The notes under the pieces are model-generated. The model was not told where the DNA came from and ran no database searches. It saw only the letters and a program-made list of their open reading frames with translations. DNA of 64,000 nucleotides from a virus: positions 43,603 to 107,602 of the IMG/VR virus record IMGVR_UViG_3300037184_000121; one strand, 5' to 3'. The translations under genes and the position numbers were made by a program. Below are positions 30,246 through 39,540 of the stretch, in pieces. Each line of letters opens with the position of its first letter. Position 1 is the stretch's first letter.

Positions 30246-30592
30246 AAATTTGCATATGTGGCCATGGTGAAAAAGAGCATGAATCAGATTCTCAATGGGA
30301 TAGGGAATCGGGGGATGAATGGTATATGACATGGTGTTTAATAGAAGGATGTAAATGTGGAGAATATACAAATGGATAATTATCAAAGAACAGAAGGATG
30401 GGCAGCTTGTGATAGGATAAAAGAATTAGTTTCTAAAGGATTACCTGTTCCATTTTCAGAATTATATCTTGTAACCACTTTTAAAAATTCAGATGGAGAA
30501 TTAGCTAGAGCAGAATGGAAGAAATATTTAGAAGATAACGATTATGAAATGAGTATTCTTCATTTACAATATGCTAAGAAGGAGTCTAAAAT

Positions 30593-30847
30593 ATGAGTAT
30601 TGAACAAGATCTATTAAGTTTAAAATCTAAAGGTGAACAGCTTAATACTGCCAAAATTCAAAATGCTACTAAGCTTGCAGCTCTTGAACAAGAAAAAGAG
30701 AAGCTGCTATTAGAAGCTAAGGAATTAGGTATCGCACCAGAGGCTATTGAGGCTACATTGAAGAGCGAAGAGGCAGCTATTCAGGCAGAAGTTACAAAGA
30801 TTGGCACTGAACTAGCAAGGGTCTTAGATGAAATCAGTCGAATATAA
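30593..30847 (+). CDS. Small coiled-coil protein
   Basis: AAGGAG SD; heptad pattern; lies between SbcD and SbcC-C. Confidence 0.6.
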   Translation: MSIEQDLLSLKSKGEQLNTAKIQNATKLAALEQEKEKLLLEAKELGIAPEAIEATLKSEEAAIQAEVTKIGTELARVLDEISRI

Positions 30848-31507
30848 GAGTATTTGCCGAGCTTGTGATCATCTCCATCAAGGATATGTTTGCAATTGGC
30901 AAGTCAATAAAGTTGGCACTATCAAACTAAGGCCAACCTATTCCAGTCTATGGGGTTTACTTCCAGGACATACACATAGTGAAGAAGATGTCTCACGTAT
31001 AGAAGATCATGCAACTAATTTGTATAAAGAAGAGACATTTGAATATAGGCAAGAAGTCGATTGTGGCTGCAGATGCTACATACCCAGTGAGAATTTAGAA
31101 TTTTTAGAATGGAAATATGATGAGACTGGGAAGATATAGTTACTGTATTTGTGGCCATACTTTGTATCAGCATACATTCTTTTTATGTGAAAAGTGTTTG
31201 AGTAGCAAAATTTGTTGGCACCAATTTAAACTAGATAATTTAAAATACTTAGAAAAACAATATGCAAAGAAATTATAAATGTCAAAATTGTGAATGCTAT
31301 CATCAAGCATCTTATAATGCTCTCATAGGGTTTCAAGAGGATAAGCCAGTATATGAATTGGGGAATCCTGAAAGTGTTTGTGAAGATTGTATTCGATTAC
31401 CTAAATTTGAAAATAATGTATTAGGGTGTTGTAAATATCAGCCACGATATATAACTAATTTAGAATTCTTAGAGTGGAAATATAATGAATCTGATAAATC
31501 AATTTGA
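30828..31507 (+). CDS. Three tandem NLxYLE-tail Zn-binding proteins (30828-31139, 31117-31278 [not in track], 31262-31507)
   Basis: Tails SENLEFLEWKYD, LDNLKYLEKQY, ITNLEFLEWKYN. Confidence 0.72.
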
Positions 31508-32123
31508 TCAACTAAAGAACAACTATCATAGAAAAGCAGGGCAGCTACAAGCCTTGAAAGATCGAGTTGCAGTATGTCAAGAGAAGGTTATCCAGTTGAC
31601 AGATAAAGAAGATACTACGCTGAAAGCCAGTCTCTTCCTTCAGTCCCTGTCAGATCAGACTCGCTTGCAAGTCCTTGATAAAATCTCTGGCATTGTGACT
31701 GATGCCTTGCAGACAGTAAAGGATAAGAATCTTGTATTTTCTATGCAGCTGGTAGTTAAGGCTAATCAGCCTACCCTGGAAATGGGGATCTTGGATAAGT
31801 TGTCAGGTCAGACCTACGATGTGCTTACCTCTTTTGGTGGTGGGATCTGCGATATCGTTTCCTTGGCCTTGCGGGTAGCTTTATTAGTGAAGTGGCAACC
31901 ATCCTTGTCTCGTGTGTTGATCCTGGATGAATCTTGCAAGCATGTGGCTCAGAAAGATCAGGAGCTATTAGCCGAGTTTGTTAAGAAGCTTTCAGAAGCA
32001 CTTAATTGTCAGTTCATTTGGATTAGTCATAGCGAAGTTTTACAGCAAGCCGCGCATAAGATTTTTGAGGTAACTAAACATGACGGAATATCAACAGTCA
32101 CAGAAAAAAGCTCCAGTCTTTAA
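31485..32123 (+). CDS. SbcC/Rad50-like ATPase, C-terminal half
   Basis: Short coiled coil, signature SFGGG, Walker B LILDE, H-loop ISH. Confidence 0.82.
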   Translation: MNLINQFDQLKNNYHRKAGQLQALKDRVAVCQEKVIQLTDKEDTTLKASLFLQSLSDQTRLQVLDKISGIVTDALQTVKDKNLVFSMQLVVKANQPTLEMGILDKLSGQTYDVLTSFGGGICDIVSLALRVALLVKWQPSLSRVLILDESCKHVAQKDQELLAEFVKKLSEALNCQFIWISHSEVLQQAAHKIFEVTKHDGISTVTEKSSSL

Positions 32124-32658
32124 CGAAGATGCTACACTTAGAGGTGCTTGGAGACGAGTTTTTGCGAGAGCCCCTATTGTTAGGGAAATAAGAGAAGAGG
32201 GCCGTAGAACAGTTCCTCGTTATACTAAAGATGGGTCCAGACATAAAGTAGATTCTGTACAGTACTTGTGTCAAGTTTGTAATCAATGGGCACCTGCTAA
32301 GATGATTGAAGTAGATCATATAATTCCAGTGATCGATGTAGATAACATTTCTGGAAAGGTGCAGGATTGGAATGAGTACAAGCGAAGACTCTTCTGTGAG
32401 AAGAAGAATTTGCAGCGAATCTGCGATACTTGTCATGATAAGAAAACTTATGAAGAGCGTATGATTCGACAGTCACATAAAGATAGAGTGATTTTAGATC
32501 AATTAGAAGAACGTCTTAAGAGTGCTTGGACGATTCATGAAGAAGTAGACCTTAAGAAGCAGGTTACAAAATTTCTTAGCAAGAAGAAAGCTCAAGAAAC
32601 TCGTGATAGGGCTCTCAAATTAAAGCAGATCATTGTTAGTAAATTAAAGGAAGATTGA
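32080..32658 (+). CDS. HNH endonuclease
   Basis: CQVC, EVDHIIPV, NLQRICDTCHDKKT. Confidence 0.8.
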   Translation: MTEYQQSQKKAPVFNEDATLRGAWRRVFARAPIVREIREEGRRTVPRYTKDGSRHKVDSVQYLCQVCNQWAPAKMIEVDHIIPVIDVDNISGKVQDWNEYKRRLFCEKKNLQRICDTCHDKKTYEERMIRQSHKDRVILDQLEERLKSAWTIHEEVDLKKQVTKFLSKKKAQETRDRALKLKQIIVSKLKED

Positions 32659-32921
32659 TGAATACTCCCGCCATTTGTGGATGGGTTGCTACATTACTAT
32701 TCGCTCTTTCATATCTTCCACAAATTTTTCATACCTATAAAATAAAAAAGGTAGGAGATATTAGTGTTAGTTTATGGTGGATATTGCTTGTAGCTTATAC
32801 ATGTGGGATCTGGTACGGGATTGATTTAAAGCAATGGCAGCTTATCTGTGGATATTTTTGGGGTTTCGCTTGTAGTTTTATCTATTTGGTGTTATACTAC
32901 AAATACAGGGGTAACAAGTAA
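32658..32921 (+). CDS. SemiSWEET/PQ-loop transporter
   Basis: Three TM helices, YLPQI..TYK.K...DIS, WYG. Confidence 0.8.
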   Translation: MNTPAICGWVATLLFALSYLPQIFHTYKIKKVGDISVSLWWILLVAYTCGIWYGIDLKQWQLICGYFWGFACSFIYLVLYYKYRGNK

Positions 32922-33380
32922 ATGTATAGACTAACAGATGAACTAGCAAAGTTGGTTATGTCGAAAATTAAGTCTCCTGAATTAGAGTCTGCAGGGAATA
33001 CGGCTTTCTTACCCAGGAATCTAAACAGCGTTGGTATTATTGATCCTATTTGTTGTGTTGGATCAGCCTTTCATTATATTTTGGAGAGTCCTAAACCTGT
33101 GATTTACCAGGATATTCCATTTGTGCCCGTTGGGGTACAGGGATATTTCTTGTACCGTAAAGAAGAGCTGTCCTCTCCTGAAGAGCCCTTTGAGGTCAAT
33201 AGAGTATTCATTGATCCGACAGCTCAGGACCCAGAGGAAAGAATTGATGTACGAGATGCCTCAATTGTGCTACCTAGCGACATAGAGAAATTAACAGCCC
33301 AGACTATTAGTACTATGGATCAATTGATTAAAAAAGAACCTCTATTGATCGATTGTCTTGACTGGAAAGATAACAGATAA
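32922..33380 (+). CDS. Hypothetical protein
   Basis: 152-aa ORF abutting neighbours. Confidence 0.5.
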   Translation: MYRLTDELAKLVMSKIKSPELESAGNTAFLPRNLNSVGIIDPICCVGSAFHYILESPKPVIYQDIPFVPVGVQGYFLYRKEELSSPEEPFEVNRVFIDPTAQDPEERIDVRDASIVLPSDIEKLTAQTISTMDQLIKKEPLLIDCLDWKDNR

Positions 33381-33386
33381 CGTTAT

Positions 33387-33920
33387 ATGAAAAAAGGTGA
33401 GAGAAAACAATTTTGTATAAGAGGCCATGATACCTTTATTTGTGGTAGAGGTAAAAATCATACCTGTAATAAATGTGTAAATATTTTATGCCAAAGATCA
33501 TATAAAATTAATTGGAAAAAACGAAATGAAGCGCATAGGAAATATGCAGAAAAACATCAGAGTAAACTTAAAAAATACAGAACAACGTATATAATTACAA
33601 GAAGAAATGTTGATATCTATTTTAAATTGAAGACAAACTTGAGATCTAGACTTTATAGTGCTATTAAACGTAATTATAAATCTGGATCAGCCATTAAAGA
33701 TCTTGGCTGTTCCATTGAGTTTTTAAAACAATATATTGAATCGAAATTTTATGGTGGTATGGCATGGAAGAATTGGGGCTTAGTTTGGCAGCTAGATCAT
33801 ATTAAAGAACTTCATACATTTGATCTTACTAATAGAGAACAATTACTTAGGGCTGTTCATTATACCAATCTTCAACCTCTAACAATTGAAGACCATAAAA
33901 AGAAATCAAATAAAGGATAA
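33387..33920 (+). CDS. HNH homing endonuclease, paralogue of 19206-19883
   Basis: FCIRGHDTFICGR..CNKC; DLGCSIEFL..YIE.KF...WQLDHI...HYTNLQPL. Confidence 0.8.
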   Translation: MKKGERKQFCIRGHDTFICGRGKNHTCNKCVNILCQRSYKINWKKRNEAHRKYAEKHQSKLKKYRTTYIITRRNVDIYFKLKTNLRSRLYSAIKRNYKSGSAIKDLGCSIEFLKQYIESKFYGGMAWKNWGLVWQLDHIKELHTFDLTNREQLLRAVHYTNLQPLTIEDHKKKSNKG

Positions 33921-33924
33921 AATA

Positions 33925-34317
33925 ATGGAAAACAAAAAGCCAAATAATTTTAGAGAAGCAGCTTTGTCACATATTCCTGCAGATCTTGTAGCGTCTATGA
34001 CAAAGGCAGCAGCGGTAACAACGGATGGTCTATCCCCTCTTGAAGCCATAGCTAAGAATACTGGTACTCAATTGCTGCCCCAGAGAGTGGATGCACCAGT
34101 AGCTCCTAAGCATATTTCATTGGCAGTGGATGGACACGTTATTAAAGTGGCCCTAGATCCTACGCAAGGAGCAGTCACTATGCTCCTATATCTATTGGCT
34201 ACGGTGTGGTCAAAGGATAAGAAAGTTGCAAAGGTATTGAAGCAGTTTAATTTTCACTTCTTTGATGAGAATAACATTCAACTCTACCCAAAAGTGAAAC
34301 GTAATGGTCGCAATTAA
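33925..34317 (+). CDS. Hypothetical protein
   Basis: AAGGA SD, ATG 33925. Confidence 0.5.
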   Translation: MENKKPNNFREAALSHIPADLVASMTKAAAVTTDGLSPLEAIAKNTGTQLLPQRVDAPVAPKHISLAVDGHVIKVALDPTQGAVTMLLYLLATVWSKDKKVAKVLKQFNFHFFDENNIQLYPKVKRNGRN

Positions 34318-34462
34318 TTATCCTTGTATTTGTGGTCATTCTAAAATTAACCACAACAATATAAATACACAGACTTGGTGTTTAGTTGCAAGGTGTGATT
34401 GTAGTTTTTTTAACCCTGATAACCTTAGATATTTGGAGAAGAAAAGTGGATCTGCAGAATAA
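34304..34462 (+). CDS. NLxYLE-tail Zn-binding protein (not in ORF track)
   Basis: MVAINYPCICGHSKINH...C..RCDCSFFNPDNLRYLEKK; overlaps polymerase start. Confidence 0.7.
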   Translation: MVAINYPCICGHSKINHNNINTQTWCLVARCDCSFFNPDNLRYLEKKSGSAE

Positions 34463-36980
34463 AGCTTGTATAAAATGTCCTCTGAATGAACTTAGAACTT
34501 GTGTCCTTAATGGAACAGGTAATGAGCAATCAAAGCTCATGTTTGTGATGGATGCCCCCTCCAAAGAGGATGATATGTACAAGGAGCCCTTTCGTGGGCC
34601 AGCCAGTAGAAAGCTAGATGCACTTTTGGCTAGATTTGGTATTCATAGAAGTCAAGTATATTTTACATACGCAACAAGGTGCCGAGCTAATTTAAAGACG
34701 ATGGAAGGTGTGCGTCCAGCTCATTTTGAAGAGATCCAGGCTTGCTCTGAGTATCTTGTTAAAGAGATTGAGTCTATTAAGCCGTATGTCATTGTGGCTA
34801 TGGGAACAGAGTCTATTTCGGCTGTGCTAGATATTAAAAAGCCGAAGGTTGGGGAGTTGCGGGGAATTGAAACCTGGAGTGATAGATTTAATTGTAAGGT
34901 CTTTCCTACACTCAGCCCAGGAGCCATTTTAAGGAATCCGAACCAAGAAGAAGTATTGATTCAGGATCTTCGCAGGGCTATTGAATCTTCTAAATACCAG
35001 CCTATGACTGTTGTAGAGAAAGGCAATTATATTGTCATTGATAGCATTGAGAGATTGGATGCCTTCTATGATAGAATCATGGAGCAGGAAGAGGTAGCTG
35101 TAGACTTAGAAACGACAGGATTTGATTGGCAGACAGATAAGATCATTTGTTGCTCTTTCTCATGGGCTGCTAATACTGGAGTATTGTTACCTATTACTAA
35201 GTGGATCGGTGTACCCCATGAGAAAAAAGTTGTAAAAGATAAGAAGGTTACACGAAAGGGGGTCACGACTATAAAGCAGGTTGAGTCTTTGGAAAAAACT
35301 ATTGAAGATACTTATCAACCATGGTGGGGTGATCAGCAGGAATATGTGATGGCTAAATTCCGCGCTATCATGGAAAGCAATATTAAGTTTATAGCCCAGA
35401 ATGGCAAGTTCGATTGGAAATTCCTTTTACAGATGGGATGGGATCTTAAGCCACTAGCCTATGATACTCTTCTGTTACATTACTTGCTCCGTGAAACTTC
35501 TAAGGGTGAGCATAACCTGGAGGACATGTCCCTTCAATATCTTGGAAAAGGTCAGCACAAAAAAGAGTTGGATGATTGGTTTAAAGCCAATAAGATGAAT
35601 GATGATGAAAAGAAGAACTATGCTAGAGTTCCTACCGATTTGCTATTCTCCTATGGTGCAGCCGATGCTGATGTAACCTTGCAGCTTAAGAACATCTTCC
35701 TTCCTCGTGTAGAGGCCGAAGGGATGAGCGAATTATTTTATCGCCTTGTGATGCCCTTAAATTATACACTAACCATTATGGAGTTTGGGGGATTTAAGGT
35801 TGACCGTAAGGCATTAGCTAAAGCTAGGGCTGATCTGGAACAACAATTAATTAACAAAGAAAAAGAAATTAAGACTATCGTTGGTGAGGTTGATTTGGAT
35901 TCTCCTAAACAACTTTCTAAATTGCTATTTGAAACGTTGAAGCTTACACCTGTCAAACAGACGAAGACAGGATTTTCAACAGATGAAGAAGTCATGCTCA
36001 TTCTAAAAGACAAGCACCCCGTACCAATGAAGATTGTCGAGTACAGAGGTATTGCTAAGCTGCTTAGGACTTATGTTATTGGAATTGAAGAACGCTTAGA
36101 TGCAAATGATCGTCTTCATACAAAATTTCTTCAGGAAGGTACAGAATCAGGACGACTTTCCAGCCGAGATCCAAACTTTCAGAATTTCCCTCGTGATGCT
36201 AAGGCTATTAAGAATTCTTTTATCGTCGATCCAGGTAATGTATTAATTGAGGCTGATGAAGGGCAGAATGAGTTTAGATGGTGGGGAATTTATTCAAATG
36301 ATTCTCAGTTGGTTCGAGATCTAAATGAAGGAGTAGACATCCATAAACTTGTGGCTTCTTTAGCCAACAAGATTCCAATTGAACAAGTAACCAAAGATCA
36401 ACGTCAGAAAGCTAAGTCTATCGTTTTCGGTCTGATGTTTAATATGGGAGCTGAAGAACTTTCTAAGAAGCATGGTGTTACAGTCGAATACGCTGAGCAG
36501 GTTAAAGCTCTGTTCTTCGCTCGTTATCCAACAGCCAAACAGTGGAAGTACGAGATTGTTAAATTTGCGAAAAAGAACTTATACGTCCAGAATCGTTTTG
36601 GTCGAGTGCGTCACCTCTTAGCAATCAATAACCCAGATAATAAGGTTGCCTATGCTGATGAACAGGGTGCAGTAAACTCTCCTATTCAGGGGGCTGCATC
36701 CGATTACGTATCCAATTCAGCCAATAGAATTTTTATGCGCTTCAAAGAAGAAGGGCTGCATGGCAAGCTCCGTAACCTGATTCATGATGCTATTTACGTA
36801 GAGGCTCCCCAAGTTGAGTTGATCCAGACCTTGAAGATCATTAAAGAAGAGATGGAACGTAGAATTCTGGGTATCCAGGTTCCTTTGGTAGCTGAGTTTA
36901 AGGTTGGTAAGCGTTGGGGTCGAATGCACAAGCTGGAAGTAAATAACATTCTTAATAAACAGGTAGCAAAATCGATATAA
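34446..36980 (+). CDS. polA: Family A DNA polymerase with N-terminal family-4 UDG-like domain and 3'-5' exonuclease
   Basis: GGAG-7-GTG start; CIKCPL/RCR/AC Fe-S Cys; Exo DLETTG, NGKFD, YGAAD; SGRLSSRDPNFQN, motif A ADEGQNEFR, motif B RQKAKSIVFG, motif C IHDA. Confidence 0.93.
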   Translation: MDLQNKACIKCPLNELRTCVLNGTGNEQSKLMFVMDAPSKEDDMYKEPFRGPASRKLDALLARFGIHRSQVYFTYATRCRANLKTMEGVRPAHFEEIQACSEYLVKEIESIKPYVIVAMGTESISAVLDIKKPKVGELRGIETWSDRFNCKVFPTLSPGAILRNPNQEEVLIQDLRRAIESSKYQPMTVVEKGNYIVIDSIERLDAFYDRIMEQEEVAVDLETTGFDWQTDKIICCSFSWAANTGVLLPITKWIGVPHEKKVVKDKKVTRKGVTTIKQVESLEKTIEDTYQPWWGDQQEYVMAKFRAIMESNIKFIAQNGKFDWKFLLQMGWDLKPLAYDTLLLHYLLRETSKGEHNLEDMSLQYLGKGQHKKELDDWFKANKMNDDEKKNYARVPTDLLFSYGAADADVTLQLKNIFLPRVEAEGMSELFYRLVMPLNYTLTIMEFGGFKVDRKALAKARADLEQQLINKEKEIKTIVGEVDLDSPKQLSKLLFETLKLTPVKQTKTGFSTDEEVMLILKDKHPVPMKIVEYRGIAKLLRTYVIGIEERLDANDRLHTKFLQEGTESGRLSSRDPNFQNFPRDAKAIKNSFIVDPGNVLIEADEGQNEFRWWGIYSNDSQLVRDLNEGVDIHKLVASLANKIPIEQVTKDQRQKAKSIVFGLMFNMGAEELSKKHGVTVEYAEQVKALFFARYPTAKQWKYEIVKFAKKNLYVQNRFGRVRHLLAINNPDNKVAYADEQGAVNSPIQGAASDYVSNSANRIFMRFKEEGLHGKLRNLIHDAIYVEAPQVELIQTLKIIKEEMERRILGIQVPLVAEFKVGKRWGRMHKLEVNNILNKQVAKSI

Positions 36981-36992
36981 TTGTGGTATACT
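36964..36992 (+). promoter_or_regulatory. sigma70-type promoter
   Basis: TAGCAA-17-TATACT with TG extension; GAAGGAG SD follows. Confidence 0.6.
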
Positions 36993-37007
36993 TTGAAGGA
37001 GATAGAT

Positions 37008-37136
37008 ATGAAGAAGTGTAAATGTGGGCATAAAGAAGATTCTCATTTTACTTGGATGGATTATGGAGTTTATGATTACACCTGTAGGAATGTAAGTTGT
37101 AAGTGCAAGAAATTTAGTCAGGGAAAAAAGTCATGA
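37008..37136 (+). CDS. Small CxCGH Zn-binding protein (not in track, no tail)
   Basis: MKKCKCGHKEDSH...C...SCKCKKF; strong SD. Confidence 0.6.
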   Translation: MKKCKCGHKEDSHFTWMDYGVYDYTCRNVSCKCKKFSQGKKS

Positions 37137-37459
37137 AAGCGAATGAGTATCAGGCTTGGTCTGAGAAGACGGCTATTTATCCCAAAGATGCATCTATGGC
37201 CTACGTGATTTTGGGGCTTACCAATGAGGCAGGAGAAGTAGCAGGTAAGTATAAGAAATGCATTCGTGATGACGGGGGAATACTAACGGCTGAACGTAGA
37301 GTTCAGCTTATTGATGAGGCTGGAGATGTATGTTGGTATTTGGCTAGACTTGCCGAAGAATTGGGCACAACTCTCGAAGACATTATGCAGAGAAATCATG
37401 ATAAATTGGAAGATCGATTAGCTCGAAATGTGATTAAGGGATCAGGAGATAACCGATGA
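37133..37459 (+). CDS. MazG-like nucleotide pyrophosphohydrolase
   Basis: YQ....TAIYP, LGL.NEAGEV, DEAGDV.WY, N..KL.DR..R..I.GSGD.R. Confidence 0.9.
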   Translation: MKANEYQAWSEKTAIYPKDASMAYVILGLTNEAGEVAGKYKKCIRDDGGILTAERRVQLIDEAGDVCWYLARLAEELGTTLEDIMQRNHDKLEDRLARNVIKGSGDNR

Positions 37460-37965
37460 TAAAAATTTATCTCGCTACCAAAATGACTGGAAAAGATAAG
37501 AAAGAACAGGTAGAACATGCTCAATATGTTACTGAGATTCTTAAAAAGTATGATGTTCAGGTAGTTAGTCCTGTTTTAGAGGAGAAAGTTCTTGCCCTTC
37601 CTGGCCCTCTGTTAAATACTGATGAAGTTAAACTAAGAAAATTTTGGAAAAGGGACAAAGAAATAATAACTAGAGAAGTACATGCTATAGTTATTGATGG
37701 AGCAGATCAGAAGTCTTTTGGTGTGGAACGGGAATATGGTCTATCCAGATATTGTATGTGGAAGCCTACCGTTTTGTATATGCCTAAGACCTTTTTGAAT
37801 GTTTCTCAATTTGAGGATGATTGGGTATCAGATGATTTGGATGCAATTGGCAAATATCTTCAAGAGAATTTTGGCACGAGGCGTAAGCGTGTTTTGTGGC
37901 GTATTAAGATGTTGTCACGAAGTTTACCTAAATGGATTGTTGACCAGATGTACCAATTCAGATAA
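37456..37965 (+). CDS. Nucleoside 2-deoxyribosyltransferase-like (N-glycosidase fold) protein
   Basis: IYLA..MTG, SP, RD...I, S.GV.RE.G. Confidence 0.6.
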   Translation: MIKIYLATKMTGKDKKEQVEHAQYVTEILKKYDVQVVSPVLEEKVLALPGPLLNTDEVKLRKFWKRDKEIITREVHAIVIDGADQKSFGVEREYGLSRYCMWKPTVLYMPKTFLNVSQFEDDWVSDDLDAIGKYLQENFGTRRKRVLWRIKMLSRSLPKWIVDQMYQFR

Positions 37966-37985
37966 ATTAGATGGGAGAATGAATT

Positions 37986-38324
37986 ATGAGTGGTAATGCA
38001 AAGCACTTCGATGATGGTAAACCAGAGATGCAGTTCCTGCTAGAGATGGAAGGTCTAGAAGAAGTTGCAGCCTGTGGAACACATGGACAGAGGAAGTATG
38101 GTGATCGCTATAACTTCAAACATGGAATGCCGTGGATGAAGCTCTTAGGTTCTTGCAGTAGACATCTTCGTGCCTTCATTAAGGGACAGGAGATTGATCC
38201 TGAGAGTGGATTGCCTCACTTGGCCCATCTCATCTATGATGCGCTGATGTTACTGGATTACACAAAGCATACTGAGTACCGCGAGTTCGATAATAGGTAT
38301 TCAACACTAAAGGATCGAAAGTGA
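37986..38324 (+). CDS. dATP/dGTP diphosphohydrolase-like protein (DUF5664)
   Basis: K.FDDGKP, G.RKYG..N...G, RHL, DPESGLPHLAH. Confidence 0.82.
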   Translation: MSGNAKHFDDGKPEMQFLLEMEGLEEVAACGTHGQRKYGDRYNFKHGMPWMKLLGSCSRHLRAFIKGQEIDPESGLPHLAHLIYDALMLLDYTKHTEYREFDNRYSTLKDRK

Positions 38325-38977
38325 TTTCAACAGTACTTCCAGCATACAAATATCTGACTGAACAACGTAAGCTTACTGAAGATACAATTCGGATTTTTAG
38401 TTTAGGCTATGTTGCTCAGAATGGTGAAGTATATGTTGGTGCTGATTTCACTGGGACACTTCCTGCTATGGACAAGAGATTTTATCACTCTACCATGTTC
38501 CCTATTTTTGATCTGTATGGAACATGTATTGCAGTGTCTTCTCGCCCATTAGGTCCTACACAGACAAAGTATATCAATACCCATTATGAGAAGTCCGAGC
38601 ACTTGTATGGATTGTCTGTAACCTGGAAAGAATGTCTTAAAGAACAGGCTGTCTATGTAGTTGAGGGGAATGTAAGTCTGCTGCAGATGTATCAAGCAGG
38701 ACTTAAGAATTGTGTTGCTATGCTTGGCTCTAAGTTATCCCTTCGACAAGTATGTTTGCTCAGTCGTTTTGTGAAAAAGATTATCCTCGTTCCAGATGCA
38801 GATAAGGCAGGTAATGAGTTCCTTAAGAAGATGAAAGAGAATATCCCTACAAGACTTTATGAAGCTGATGTTAAATTTACCTATGTAGCGTTGCCTGTAT
38901 CTCAAGACCCAGACGACTATTTTAGGCAACATTCCAAACAAGATTTTCTAGATCTCTCTCAACAGGAGTTAATATGA
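38321..38977 (+). CDS. DNA primase catalytic/TOPRIM part (no zinc finger)
   Basis: YLTEQRKL...F.LGY, MFPI.D..G....S.R, KYINT, K...LYG, VVEG, PDADKAG, DPDD. Confidence 0.87.
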   Translation: MISTVLPAYKYLTEQRKLTEDTIRIFSLGYVAQNGEVYVGADFTGTLPAMDKRFYHSTMFPIFDLYGTCIAVSSRPLGPTQTKYINTHYEKSEHLYGLSVTWKECLKEQAVYVVEGNVSLLQMYQAGLKNCVAMLGSKLSLRQVCLLSRFVKKIILVPDADKAGNEFLKKMKENIPTRLYEADVKFTYVALPVSQDPDDYFRQHSKQDFLDLSQQELI

Positions 38978-39540
38978 GTAATGAAAAAGCATGGTATATT
39001 GTAAGTACACAAGGCATTGGTGCAAGGGGTGCCCTTCAGATTCAATCATTGCTAGATAGGATGGGATATGATGGCTTGCTATGGAGTCCAACACTTAAGG
39101 TTCCTATCCTGAAGTATGGAAAGACTCAGAATAATGATAAGACTCTATTCCCTAGTTATGTATTTATCAACACTGTCATTACCGATAGTAAGCTGGAGCA
39201 AGCTCTGATTGAAGCAAAGATTGGACGTTTTCTGAAACTGCCTGGGGAGACTCTTCCTACGAAAATCTCTGAAGCAGATATTGATCACATAAAAAAATTG
39301 GAGGAGTCAGATGTCGAACCTGTACCTGAAGAGATTATCTCTATTGATATAGGTAATTTAGTTGAGATTTGCGTTGGACCTTTTATTGGATTCAAAGGTA
39401 TTGTCACTAAGATATCAGGGCATAGTGCTTCTATTGATACCCTTGTTTTTGGTCGATCAACACCTGTAAGTGTTAATATTGCTCATTTATCCAAGTTGAC
39501 GGAGAATAATCCAGATGAAAAAGAAATCAAAGGGTCATAA
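38974..39540 (+). CDS. nusG: NusG-family transcription elongation/antitermination factor
   Basis: WYIV, LFPSYVFI, KOW G..VEI..GPF.GF.G.V, VFGRSTPV. Confidence 0.88.
   Translation: MSNEKAWYIVSTQGIGARGALQIQSLLDRMGYDGLLWSPTLKVPILKYGKTQNNDKTLFPSYVFINTVITDSKLEQALIEAKIGRFLKLPGETLPTKISEADIDHIKKLEESDVEPVPEEIISIDIGNLVEICVGPFIGFKGIVTKISGHSASIDTLVFGRSTPVSVNIAHLSKLTENNPDEKEIKGS

Noticed and set aside
34386-34445. Track start for the DNA polymerase
   Set aside because: Region encodes the 34304-34462 tag-family gene; GGAG-7-GTG at 34446 fits the UDG N-terminus
17837-36980. Inteins or introns in helicase, RecA or polymerase
   Set aside because: Continuous frames of ordinary length, no intein splice motifs seen; endonucleases are free-standing
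37133-38324. Firm call of a 2-aminoadenine (Z) or 7-deazaguanine genome
   Set aside because: No purZ, dpdA or que genes in the window; MazG and DUF5664 also occur in unmodified phages
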